Below are positions 9,411-18,838 of a stretch of 64,000 bases of DNA, in pieces. Position numbers and translations under genes: made by a program. The stretch's first letter is position 1. Each line of letters begins with the position of its first letter. The notes under the pieces were generated by a model. The model did not search any database. It saw only the letters and a list, made by a program, of their open reading frames with translations, and was not told where the DNA came from. Source of the DNA: an uncultured Acidobacteriota bacterium (GTDB taxonomy: Bacteria > Acidobacteriota > Thermoanaerobaculia > Multivoradales > UBA5704); contig CAVYRF010000002.1 of NCBI GenBank assembly GCA_963770895.1, positions 1,536,001-1,600,000 of the forward strand. The letters run 5' to 3'.

Positions 9411-10870
9411 CTAATCGGCCTTCCCGGGCGTCGTTTCACCCGGCAGCTGGTCGATCCAGGCGCGGTCTTCGGCCGCCGGCGTCCGCTGCTCGGTGACGAA
9501 GTCGCCCCAGCGCGCGGCCAGCCGGCGCGCCAGCGCCGCGGCCTTGGGCGGATCGTCGACCGGGCGGCTGCCGCCGCCGGCGTCCCAGCGCCACAGGGTC
9601 AACCGCGGCGGCGCGGCGCCCGCGACGCCGGCAGCCGCGGCGCCGAGCGGCGGCGCGACGGCGAATGCGTCGTAGAGGCGGGACGCGATCACGCCGAAGG
9701 TGTCGGCGCCGCCCGGCGTGGTCGCGGTGCCCGCGAACTCCGCCAGGCGGGCGCGATGCCAGCGCGGGTCCGCGGCGGCAAAGCGAGCCTCCCACAGCAG
9801 CTGATCGTCGCCCGCAAGCAGCGAAAACAGGTTGGCGCCGTTGCTCGAATAGAGCTCCGACAGCACCTCGTCCGAGGCGCCATGAAACAGGCTGGGCGCC
9901 ATCGCCGGCGGCGGCTCCCCCCCGCGGCCTCGACCAGGGTCGCCCAGACGCGGGTCAGCGCCGCCCGCTCTCCGCGCGCGACCGCCAGAGGGCGCCGGCA
10001 CCAGCTGGGCAGCTTGACGGCCAGGGGCACCTCGAGGCTGGCGCGCGCCAGGTCGTCGCCGTGGCCGACGACGCCCTGCTCTCCCATCTCCTCGCCGTAG
10101 TCCGCCGCCACCACCACCAGCGAACGATCCCACTGGCCGCTGGCCTGCAGCGCGTCGAGCAGGCGCCCGACCTTTTCGTCGGCCCAGGCGACGTTGAGCT
10201 GGTACATCAGCTTGAGGCGCCGCAGCTCGGCGGCGGGCAGCGGCACCGCCGGATCGGCGTGGGCTTCGACTTCCGCCGGCTCGATCAGCCGCGGCAGGGC
10301 GCGCAGTTCGGCGGCCGGAACGCCGGCGGCCAGGCTGGGCAGCAGCCAGTCGCGGCGCACGAAGGGCGTGTCGGGCTGGGTGATGTGCACCCAGACCAGG
10401 ACTTTGCCCCCTTCCAGCGATTCCAGCAGCTCCGCCGCCTCGCGGTTCCTGCCGGCCACGTCGAAGGTGTCGAAGCCGCGGTCGTAGCCATATTCGGCGG
10501 TGTACCAGCGGCCGCCGGAGAAGCCGGCGGTGCGATAGCCCAGGGCCTTGAACGCCCGCGGCAGCGTCAGCAGGTCGTCCGCCAGCTCGGCGTCGCCGTC
10601 CAGGATGGCGTGGTGCTGCCACGGCGAAAGGCCGGTGAAGAGCGACGCCATGGCCGGCACACCCCAGCTGGACGAGGCGACGCCGCGCCCCACCCAGTCG
10701 GCCTGGCGCAGGAAGCGCGTCAGGTAAGGGGTCAACCGCGGATCGCCGCCCAGGCCGCCCACCGCGTCGGCGCGCAGCGCGTCCAGGGTGATCAGCACCA
10801 CCGGCCCGCCCGGGGTCGCATGGCGCTGGGAGCTGCAGGCGGCCAGCAACAGGAGCGCCGCCAGCGCCAC
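9411..10870 (-). CDS. Sulfatase-like (alkaline phosphatase superfamily) lipoprotein; frameshift at a 7-nt homopolymer (9917-9923)
   Basis: Lipobox LAAC; VVLITLDALRAD, ASLFTG, YGYDRGFDTF. The frame changes at LVEAAGG and continues as EPPPAMAPSLF in the 9411 frame. Confidence 0.75.
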
Positions 10871-10925
10871 TGCCGCCCGCAGCGGCGCCGCCCGCCGGGG
10901 CGTCGCCGCCCTGGGAGCGCGCCGG

Positions 10926-13192
10926 TTACCCGGCGGCGTGGGGATAGAGCCGTCGATAGCTGTCAGAGAGCACCAGAATGCGTTTCACGTAGATCTTCGA
11001 CTCCTCGATGCTGAGACCTTCGAGGAAGCGGTCGAGATCGGTGGTCCGCGCTTCGCGCCACATGCGCTTGATGCGGTACGGGCCGCCGTTGTAGCCGGCC
11101 AGGGCCAGCTCGACGTTGCCGCCGAACATGGCCAGCACCTGACGCAGGTAGGAAGCGCCCACCCGCACGTTGAAGGCCGGCTCGGCCAGCCGGTCGCGCG
11201 CCCAGCTGAGCCCCAGCCCGCGCGCCAGCTCGCGCGCCGTGCCGGGCATCAGCTGCATCAGGCCGCGCGCTCCGGACCGGCTGAGGGCGTTGGTGTCGAA
11301 GGCGCTTTCCTGGCGGATGACGGCGAACACCAGCGATGGCGGCAGGCCGTTGGCCGCCGCCGCGGCGCGGATGTCTTCGGCAAAATCGAGCGGATAGTAG
11401 AGCTTGAGAGCCTGCTCCGGCACCGTCGCCTGGAGCGGGCCGCCGAGCGCCGGGAACGCCTCGTGGATCGCCATGACGCTCTTGCGGCGGTCGCCCAGCC
11501 GGGCCAGGATCACCGCCTGGAGCGCCGCCACCGGCCGCGGCTGGGCGCGGTCCTGCACCAGCGCAAGCTCCGACTGCGCCAGGTCGTCCAGGCCGAAATC
11601 GCTCAGCAGCTGCGCGCGCACCAGGGCCGGATCGTAGGGCCACGGCTCGGCGGCGTTCGCCGTCCCATCCTCCGGCGGTGGCGCCTTGAAGCGGGCAAGC
11701 CGCAGCACGGCGTTGCGGCGATAGAAGTCGGCGGTATCGGCGGCGGCGACCTGGCTGTACAGCTCCTGGGCGCGCGCCGACTCACCCTGGCCCTCGAAGC
11801 AGCGCGCGATCCAATAGCGGGCGCGCCGGCTGGCGCTGTCGCCAGGATAGAGCGTGGTCAGCTCGGTCCACAGGCGCACCGCGCCGACGGAGTCGCCGCG
11901 ATTGAAGCTCTGCCAGCCGCGGTTCCACAGGAAACTGGCGCCCGCCGTATCGCGCGGATCGACGGCGTGCAGCCGGCGCAGCGCGGCGACCGCTTCGTCG
12001 TAACGGTCCTCTTCGATCAGGTGCAAGAAGAGGGCGCGCCACGCCTTGGCGGACAGCGCCGGATCGACGCCCATCTCGGCGGCGCCCCGCAAGTAGAGCT
12101 CCGCCGCCAGCCGCATCTTCTGCCGCTCGGCCTTGGCGCTGGCGCGTTTGCGCGGCTCGCTGGCGGCCACGTCGTCGCTGGCTTCGGCGAGCGCCCAATC
12201 GAGAGCCGCCATGTCCTGGCCCTTGAGCAGCGGTTGCATCTGGCGCAGGGCGCGGTCCCTGGCGGCATGGTGGTCGCCGCGCGGGTCGCTGGTTTCGAGC
12301 GGCGCCAGCAGGGCGAGCGCGTCGCGGCCGCGGTGGCCGCGGGTCAGCACCTCGGCCTTGAGCAGCATCCAGGACAGGTCGCGGTCGGCCGGGGCCACGG
12401 CGTCGAGCGTCACCAGCGCGTTGGGGAAGAGTTGCAGCGCGAGCAGCGCCTGCGCCCGCTGCCGCAGCTCGGACGTGGTGAGGATGTCGGTCCACACCAG
12501 GCTGCCGTCGGGGCGGCGGAACACTTCGGCGACATCCAGCTGGGCGGCGGCCAGGGGCGACGACACCAGCAGCTGGCGCGCCTCCTGGGCGCGGAGCTTG
12601 GCGTCGCCCAGCCGGGTGCCGATCTGCCAGGCAAGGCTGTCCAGGTGGGTCCGTTCCTCGCCGCGCAAACCTTCCGCCGCCGCGCGGCGGACCAGCGCCA
12701 GCGCCGCGTCGGCGTCGTTTTGCTCCCAGGCAAGATAGGCCGCCCGCTCCAGCGCGCGCGGCCGCAGCGGCGAAGCGGGGTCGTCCGCCACCAGCTTGGC
12801 CAGGGCCGCCCGCGCCACCAGCGCGTGGCCGCGGGCGCGCGCGGCGTCCGCCAGGAGCAGCAGGCGCCAGTCTTCGAGCAGGCCGCCCGGGTTGCGCGCC
12901 GCGAACAATCGCTCTTCGGCCAGCGCCACCTGGCCGCACGAGTGCGCGTAGAGGCCCGACAGCAGGCTGGCCAGGCGCACGTCCGGCCCCTGCGCCGCGA
13001 GCATCGGCGCCAGGTCGGCCTGGGCCGCCGCGCAGTCGTGGCGGCGCATCGCTTCGCCAGCGGTATGGAACTCTTCGGCGCCGCCGGACGACAGGTCCAC
13101 GGCGCGGGGGGGACCTGCTGGGTGAAGCCAGCCAGAACCGGCAGGCAGACCAGCGCCAGGGCAATCAGCTGGCTGGAACGTCCACGTCTCAC
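10926..13192 (-). CDS. slt: Soluble lytic transglycosylase (Slt-like, TPR/alpha-solenoid + SLT domain); frameshift at a 7-nt homopolymer (13106-13112)
   Basis: RQESAF, GARGLMQLMPGTA and ALAGYNGGP motifs. The signal peptide (MRRGRSSQLIALALVCLPVLAG) lies in another frame upstream of the homopolymer. Confidence 0.85.
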
Positions 13193-13253
13193 AATGGCTT
13201 GCTACCTCGGCGCGCGTAGACCCGGGCGCACGACACCTGCAGGGCGCGCGGCC

Positions 13254-15611
13254 TCAGATGCCCAAAGCCTTTGCATCGCCAGATGCCAGAATGCGCACCA
13301 GCTCCTGGTAGAAATAGTCGGTGGACTTCACGATGCGCGGGTCGACGCGCTCTTCGTACATCTGGCGCGAACGGTCGATGTCTTCGCGCAGCCGCTCGTA
13401 GATGTCGCGGTTGCGGCGGCCGGCTTCCACCTGCTCTTCGTTGTACAGCTTGATTTCGCTCACCAGCAGGCGCGCCAGACGCCGGGCCTCTTCGTGGAGG
13501 GTGTCGTCGCCGCTGCCGCTGGTTGGCGCCATGCGGGTGGTGGCAAACGCCCAGCCCGGACCGTGCACGCCGCTGGGCGGACGGACTTCCGGGGTGGCCG
13601 AACCCAGCGCGCCGCCGCGCAGCGGCTCGAAGGCGGGCGCCGCCGCGGGGGGCACCAGGGGAGTGACCGGCGCGAGCGGCGGCCGTGCCGGCAGGGCGTC
13701 CTGGTCGAGGCCCGCCGGCAGCTGCGAGGTCTCCAGCGGCAAGGCGGCGTCCGGCGAGGCCGGCGCGAGCGGCGCCACGGCGCGCAGCGAGCCGGGTCCG
13801 GCCAGCACGGGCGCCACCGGCGGGACGGCGGCCGGGAAGGTTCCGGCGGCGTGGTCCTGTGCGGCGGCGCCGCGGTCGCCCGTGTCCGCCGGTGCGGCGC
13901 TTTCGCGTTCCTGCGACGGTCCCTGTGCCATGCCCGCCTCCGCACCCTTACGAGCCCATGACGCCACTCCCGCCTCGCGCAGCGCGACCGGCGGCAGCAG
14001 CACCGTCGCGTTGTCGGGTCCGCTGCCGGTGCCGGCGGCGGCCGTTTCCACCGCGGGGGCCCGGTCCGCGGCGGCCGGCGCCGGGGGTTCCGAGACCTGA
14101 GGGGCAGGGAAGGCATGGCCGCCGTCGCCTGAGGTTGCGGCGCCGCCGGACCCGGCCGCGGAGGCCAGCGAATCGTCGGCATCGGGCTCGGAGGCCGCCA
14201 GGGGCGGCGCCGGCTCCGGGCGGCTGTCGGCTCCCTCCAGCGGGCGCACCGGCCAGGGGCGCGGGATCTCCGCCGTACGCTGCACCAGCGGCACCCTGGG
14301 CGAGTCGTAGAGCGCCGTCGGAGACATGCCGAAGGGTTGCTGCGCCTGACCAAGTCCCGCCGGCCTGGCGCCGCCGGACGGCTGGGCGGAACCCGGATCG
14401 CCGGTCGCTGCCGCCGGCGCGGCCGGGCTGGAGGCAGCCGGCGAGTGGGTCGCAACGGCGGGCGCTTCACCCGCGTCGTTGGCGGGGGCGGGGGCGGGGG
14501 CGGGGATTGCCGGGGTCGCAGGGGCTGCCGGCGTGGCGGCGAGCGCCGGCGTCGCACCGGTGATCCGGGCACCCGACACGGCGCCGGAGCTGACCCAACC
14601 GGCCGGGGATGCGAGCGAGGCAAGGCCGGCGACGCCGGCGCCAAGGCCCGCGGCACCCGCACTGCCGGCGGCGTCGCTGCCGGCAGCGTCGGTGTCGGTG
14701 TCGGCGGGCCGGTCGGCGGCGTCGGTGCTGCCGGCGCGGTCGGAGGCAGCGGAGGCAGCGGAGACGTGGGCGCCAGAGCCCGCGGCGCCGGCTTCCTGCA
14801 CGGACGCGTCTGCCGAGATCAGGCTGGCGGTCGCGGCGCGATGCCGGAAGGCAAGGGTTTCAATGGCCAGCGCCGCCACATAGGCGAGGCTTTGCAGCGC
14901 GGGCATGGCCGCGGTCGTGGACGCCGCGGCATGCGCGGGCGCCGCGGCGGCGTCCACCGGCGCCGCCGACGCCAGGTCGTCGCCGTACAGCACGGCCACG
15001 ACGCGATCGCGCAGCACCAGCGGCACCAGCACTCCGGACGCCGGCATGGGGCTTTCCAGCGGCCCGCACAGCACCGCGCAGTCCGCCGCCGACAGGCGGA
15101 CCGCGCCCGCCGCCACGGCGTCCGCGATGCCGACCGCACGTTGCCAGGCGCTGTCGGCGGCCGGCGACAGGCGCACGTCCTTGACGGCGGGCGCCGCGTT
15201 GCCGTCGCCGCCGGCAGCCGGACCGAAGCCCTGTGCGCCCCAGCCCTGCAGCCCGTTGCCGCGCACCAGCAGCAGCGCGCTGCGCGAGCAGAATCCCGCC
15301 GCCGCCGTCAGCAGGGCGCCGAGCACCTCCACCTGGGTGCGAGCGCGGTCGAGATCCGCGAAGGCGTTCCGCAACCTGCCGGCCGCATCGGCGCTCCCCT
15401 CCGCCCGCGCCGCCGCCGCCGCCGGAGCCAGGTCTTCATGCGCCACGTAGGGGCCGGTCGGCGGCGCGGCGATCTGGTCGAGGTGGCGCTGCAGATCCTG
15501 ATGCCCCTCGCGCAACCGATCCTGGACCTCGCGGCGCAAGGCCGAGAACGCCTGGTCGAACGTGGCGCCAATCTGTGCGTTCAGCTGATCGATATTTTCC
15601 ACAAGGGCCAT
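13254..15611 (-). CDS. N-terminal GAF-like domain, long Ala/Pro-rich linker, C-terminal RomX-like helical domain
   Basis: GAF-like VLVPLVLRDRVVAVLYGD; C-terminal EARRLARLLVSEIKLYNEEQV...DIYERLREDIDRSRQMYEERV. Confidence 0.7.
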   Translation of the reverse strand: MALVENIDQLNAQIGATFDQAFSALRREVQDRLREGHQDLQRHLDQIAAPPTGPYVAHEDLAPAAAAARAEGSADAAGRLRNAFADLDRARTQVEVLGALLTAAAGFCSRSALLLVRGNGLQGWGAQGFGPAAGGDGNAAPAVKDVRLSPAADSAWQRAVGIADAVAAGAVRLSAADCAVLCGPLESPMPASGVLVPLVLRDRVVAVLYGDDLASAAPVDAAAAPAHAAASTTAAMPALQSLAYVAALAIETLAFRHRAATASLISADASVQEAGAAGSGAHVSAASAASDRAGSTDAADRPADTDTDAAGSDAAGSAGAAGLGAGVAGLASLASPAGWVSSGAVSGARITGATPALAATPAAPATPAIPAPAPAPANDAGEAPAVATHSPAASSPAAPAAATGDPGSAQPSGGARPAGLGQAQQPFGMSPTALYDSPRVPLVQRTAEIPRPWPVRPLEGADSRPEPAPPLAASEPDADDSLASAAGSGGAATSGDGGHAFPAPQVSEPPAPAAADRAPAVETAAAGTGSGPDNATVLLPPVALREAGVASWARKGAEAGMAQGPSQERESAAPADTGDRGAAAQDHAAGTFPAAVPPVAPVLAGPGSLRAVAPLAPASPDAALPLETSQLPAGLDQDALPARPPLAPVTPLVPPAAAPAFEPLRGGALGSATPEVRPPSGVHGPGWAFATTRMAPTSGSGDDTLHEEARRLARLLVSEIKLYNEEQVEAGRRNRDIYERLREDIDRSRQMYEERVDPRIVKSTDYFYQELVRILASGDAKALGI

Positions 15612-15763
15612 CCTAAGGTTCTCCGCCGGGCTGGCGTGGGCCCACAGGCCACCGAGGTCATCGCCAGGCACCTTCCTGCGGTTCTAAGGGAGATTGATTA
15701 TTCTGTAGCGGTCCCCCCATGTCAAGGTAAAGCGCACGCGCAAAAGCACTGTCGCATCAGAGC

Positions 15764-16703
15764 TTAGACCCCGCCACCCCACCGCTCGACCGGCCCGCGC
15801 GGGCTCGGCATCCGCAACGCGTAGCCGAGCAAGGCGAGGACACCTCGCGCCCGCCGGTGCAGCACGGAGGACTTGGCAAAGGCGACTTGGGCGCGCTGCA
15901 GCTCACGGCGCGCCAGCATCCTGCGCCATTGATCCTCTCTGCAAAAGCTCACCAGATCGAGGAATACCAGGGCCGCGCTGTGGTCTTCGGAAATGCGCAA
16001 CAACCCGCTCAGCACTTTCAGCAGACGTCGGATGGCCTGCCAACGGCGGACCGTGCCGGTGTGCCACCTGCGCGGCCTGCCAGCGCAGCCGTAGACGGGT
16101 CACCGGCTCGCTCACCTGGTCGATGGCCACATCGGCATCGGCAAGCAGAGAATCGACTGCCCGCGGGTTTTTGATGTCGATCAAGGCCAGCGCCAAGCCA
16201 AGGCACGTTGAGACGCTGGTCGCCGGTATCGATCGGGTCAGGTCTCGGGCTTGCAGGAAGATTTCCAGCGCCTCGCTGGGCTCCCCTACCAAAAGTAGGG
16301 TCCAGCCCAGCTCATTGCTGGCCTCACCCAATTCCGCGTCACCAAGGACCTCGAACAGGCTGACGGCGCGGCTGGCCAGGGCCAGCGCCTCTTCGTGACG
16401 CCCCTGCTCGCGCCGCAAGCGCGCCAGCGTCTGGCAGTAGAGCGCCCGTGCGTAGTCGAGATCCGGGGTGAGAATTGCCGCCGCTCTTTGCAGCTCCTGG
16501 TACGCCGCCGGCCGATTGGTCAAATCGAGCAGGCCCTGGGTGCTGGCACACCGGCACTCCACCACCAACTGCCGATGCAGCGAGCTTCCGGCCGTGAAGT
16601 GGCGGCAGAAACGGCAGGTCGCCACGTGGCGCAGCAGTTCCTTTTCGGCATCTCCAAGCGCATTCAACCGCGTCGGCACCAGGTGACGCATCGGTGGCCT
16701 CAC
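15764..16703 (-). pseudogene. TPR-like helical repeat protein, frameshifted near 16050
   Basis: N-terminal HVATCRFC and TPR-like helices; after RLRWQAAQVAHRHG the sensible continuation (RRWQAIRRLLKVLSGLL..AALVFLDL) is in another frame. Confidence 0.6.
15831..15864 (+). repeat. 34-bp exact direct repeat, copy 1 (copy 2 at 21617-21650)
   Basis: AAGGCGAGGACACCTCGCGCCCGCCGGTGCAGCA is present at both positions. Confidence 0.9.
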
Positions 16704-16935
16704 GAACGGACATCCTCGATGCGTCGAAGCAGGGTCGAGAAGGTGCCTACGATCGACTCCAAGGTTTCGACCACGATTTGCCGGCCCTCGCTGTCCATCT
16801 GTTCGATTTGCTGCAGGCAGTGGACGAGCCGGGGGTTCAGCACCGCGTACCCCGGCACGGTATCGACGGGTACGCGGAAGACACTGGCCAGGCGCATCAG
16901 AACGATGGTCGGGGGCGTATTACGGCCGCGCGGCA
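16700..16935 (-). pseudogene. C-terminal half of an XRE-family HTH regulator (5' end missing)
   Basis: RGRNTPPTIVLMRLASVFRVPVDTV matches the last helices of an XRE HTH; GTGA overlap with the downstream gene. Confidence 0.55.
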
Positions 16936-16946
16936 CCTGCGCTCCG

Positions 16947-17729
16947 TTGCTGATCGCCCGTATCGCCGATCTCACGGCGTCCCTTCTTGGCGCCCAGCGG
17001 CGGCTCGGCGAGGGCCAGAAGATTCTGGCGCTGGCAGAGCAGGTCTACCTTGAGGCGGGGCAGGAGCACTTGGCGGGGCGGGCACTGATCAAGGCCGGGA
17101 ATCTGGCGGGGCTGAACGGCACGCCGGGAAAGGCCATCCACCTCCTGCGGCGCGGGTTTGAGCTGATCGAGCCGGAGCGCGAGCCCGCTCTGGTCACCCA
17201 AACCCTGCGGAGCATGATTTGGGGCCTCTGCGACCTGGGGCACTTCCGTAGTGCTCGGCGCCTCCTCTGGCGCAGCCGCGTCCTGTTCGTCCGGGAAGGC
17301 AACGACCTCGACCTGCTGCGGCTCCGCTGGCTCGAAGGACGAATCTATGCGGGCCTATCCGATTTCGCTCGTGCAGAGGTTGCTTTCCAGGAGACGCGAA
17401 GCGGTTTTGCCGCCAAGGGCCAGATCTACCCGGCGGCTCTGGCGGGCCTCGATCTGGCTGCCCTCTGGACACGGCAAGGTCGCGCCCCGGAGGTCTGCGC
17501 ACTGGCCGAGGAGATGATCGGCACCTTCCGGGCGCTGCACATTGCTCGGGAAGCCATCGCCGCCCTGGTGATGGTCAAGCACGTCTGCTCGGTTGAACGT
17601 GGCCGGCGGGTGCTCGATGTCATCCGCCTGGTGGTGCGGTTCCTCGAAGAGCTGGAGCAGCAGCCCGTCCGGAATCAATCCTCCAGCGGCACTCGTCGAG
17701 TGTCAACGTCCAGCTTGCCGTCGTCCTGA
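16947..17729 (+). pseudogene. 5'-truncated TPR-like protein
   Basis: HLAGRALIKAG, LRLRWLEGRIYAGL, AALAGLDLAALW and REAIAAL helical repeats; no RBS or N-terminal domain. Confidence 0.65.
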
Positions 17730-18150
17730 TCGCGCCGGGCCTGTCGCTCCAGCTGCAGACGATCCACGACTCGCCGCACCGTCTCTTCGACGAGGCGATC
17801 GAAACCTCCTGGTGGCGGCGGATCGTCTTCGACCGACGACAGGTCGCCCTGGTACCCCATGGCTTCAAAAGCCTCCAGCAGCTCGTCCGCTGCTGCACGG
17901 CGCTTTTTCGCCGCTCGGCCACGATCTCGAAAAACTTCTCCTCGGGCATGCCGAGCACGTGCAATACGGAAACGATGTGTTTGACCTTCAGGTCGACCTC
18001 GCCGCAGAACACCCGCCGCAGGGATTTTGGTCCCTGCCCAAGCCGCCGCTCCACTTCGGTCACCGTCAGGCCGGCAGCGCGGATGATCTGACGCAGGACG
18101 ACCCCATAGTGACGGACTTCCTGCTCGGCCGAGAAAGGCTTCTTCGCCAT
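17675..18150 (-). pseudogene. XRE-like HTH DNA-binding protein with a single-base frameshift near 17915
   Basis: LRQIIRAAGLTVTEVERRLG...LRRVFCGEVDLKVKHIVSVLHVLG; continuation AKKRRAAADELLEAFEAMG is in the frame ending at 17675. Confidence 0.6.
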
Positions 18151-18331
18151 GGTCGTCGCAGTGTAGCTGATTCTTACCCTTCTACCCCCCTTTTCCGACC
18201 TTCCGGCAGCAGATGAAACACTCAGCATTTACGGCGACCCAATGCGCGTTTCGACGCCGCGGGTGAGCCACCGGCAGGACCAGGGCCGGCCCCCCCATGC
18301 AACAGCTAAGGGCTGCTGTGCGCGCCGCCGT

Positions 18332-18375
18332 CCCGGCGCAAGGCTCGGCGACGACGGCAGGATCATCAGGTCTTC
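18332..18375 (+). repeat. 44-bp copy (2 mismatches) of 24661-24704 from the Rhs gene B Ig region
   Basis: cccggcgc[a/c]aggctcggcgacgacggcaggatcatcagg[t/c]cttc. Confidence 0.9.
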
Positions 18376-18790
18376 AAGCCGGATCATCCTCGATGGCGAC
18401 GAAACCGCCAAGGATGCTTTCGAACCGATGAAAGTCAAAATCACAAAGCACACGGCGGAAGTCGTCCGTGAGCGCAGCCCCGTACACCTCCAGTCTACGA
18501 GCAACGGGATGTTGGTCATATCCGCCATGATGCCTGTCGATCGTTGCAACCATACCTGCACCCAGCTCCTCAGGGGAACGAAGCTTCGAGTTGTCGAAGG
18601 TTGTCACCTCCCGGCCCTCAGCCCTCAGCCGTCGTATGACAGGACCATTGGTCTCCGAATTCACGACCCAGACCGGCGCGCGAGCGGCCAGCGCCACGAG
18701 ACCCTCGCCAAGCTCGTGGTCGAGAACCAAGGCTACCGTGGACCATGCATGAGTGGGCATCAAGATTATCCTTGCTAAATGTGGTGGCAT
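18374..18790 (-). CDS. Putative immunity protein for the orphan Rhs tip
   Basis: Small, lower-GC ORF 48 nt downstream of the orphan toxin stop, same strand; start could be 18760. Confidence 0.65.
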   Translation of the reverse strand: MPPHLARIILMPTHAWSTVALVLDHELGEGLVALAARAPVWVVNSETNGPVIRRLRAEGREVTTFDNSKLRSPEELGAGMVATIDRHHGGYDQHPVARRLEVYGAALTDDFRRVLCDFDFHRFESILGGFVAIEDDPA

Positions 18791-18838
18791 CTGGTGCCGT
18801 GCTTACGAACCAGGGGCCTCAGTCAGGTATACCTCACC

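Noticed and set aside
10788-13961. Very long opposite-strand ORFs (e.g. 10788-13961 +, 26299-29484 +, 32392-35655 +, 55379-57622 -)
   Set aside because: They are antisense shadows of well-supported genes in high-GC DNA and show no recognisable motifs.
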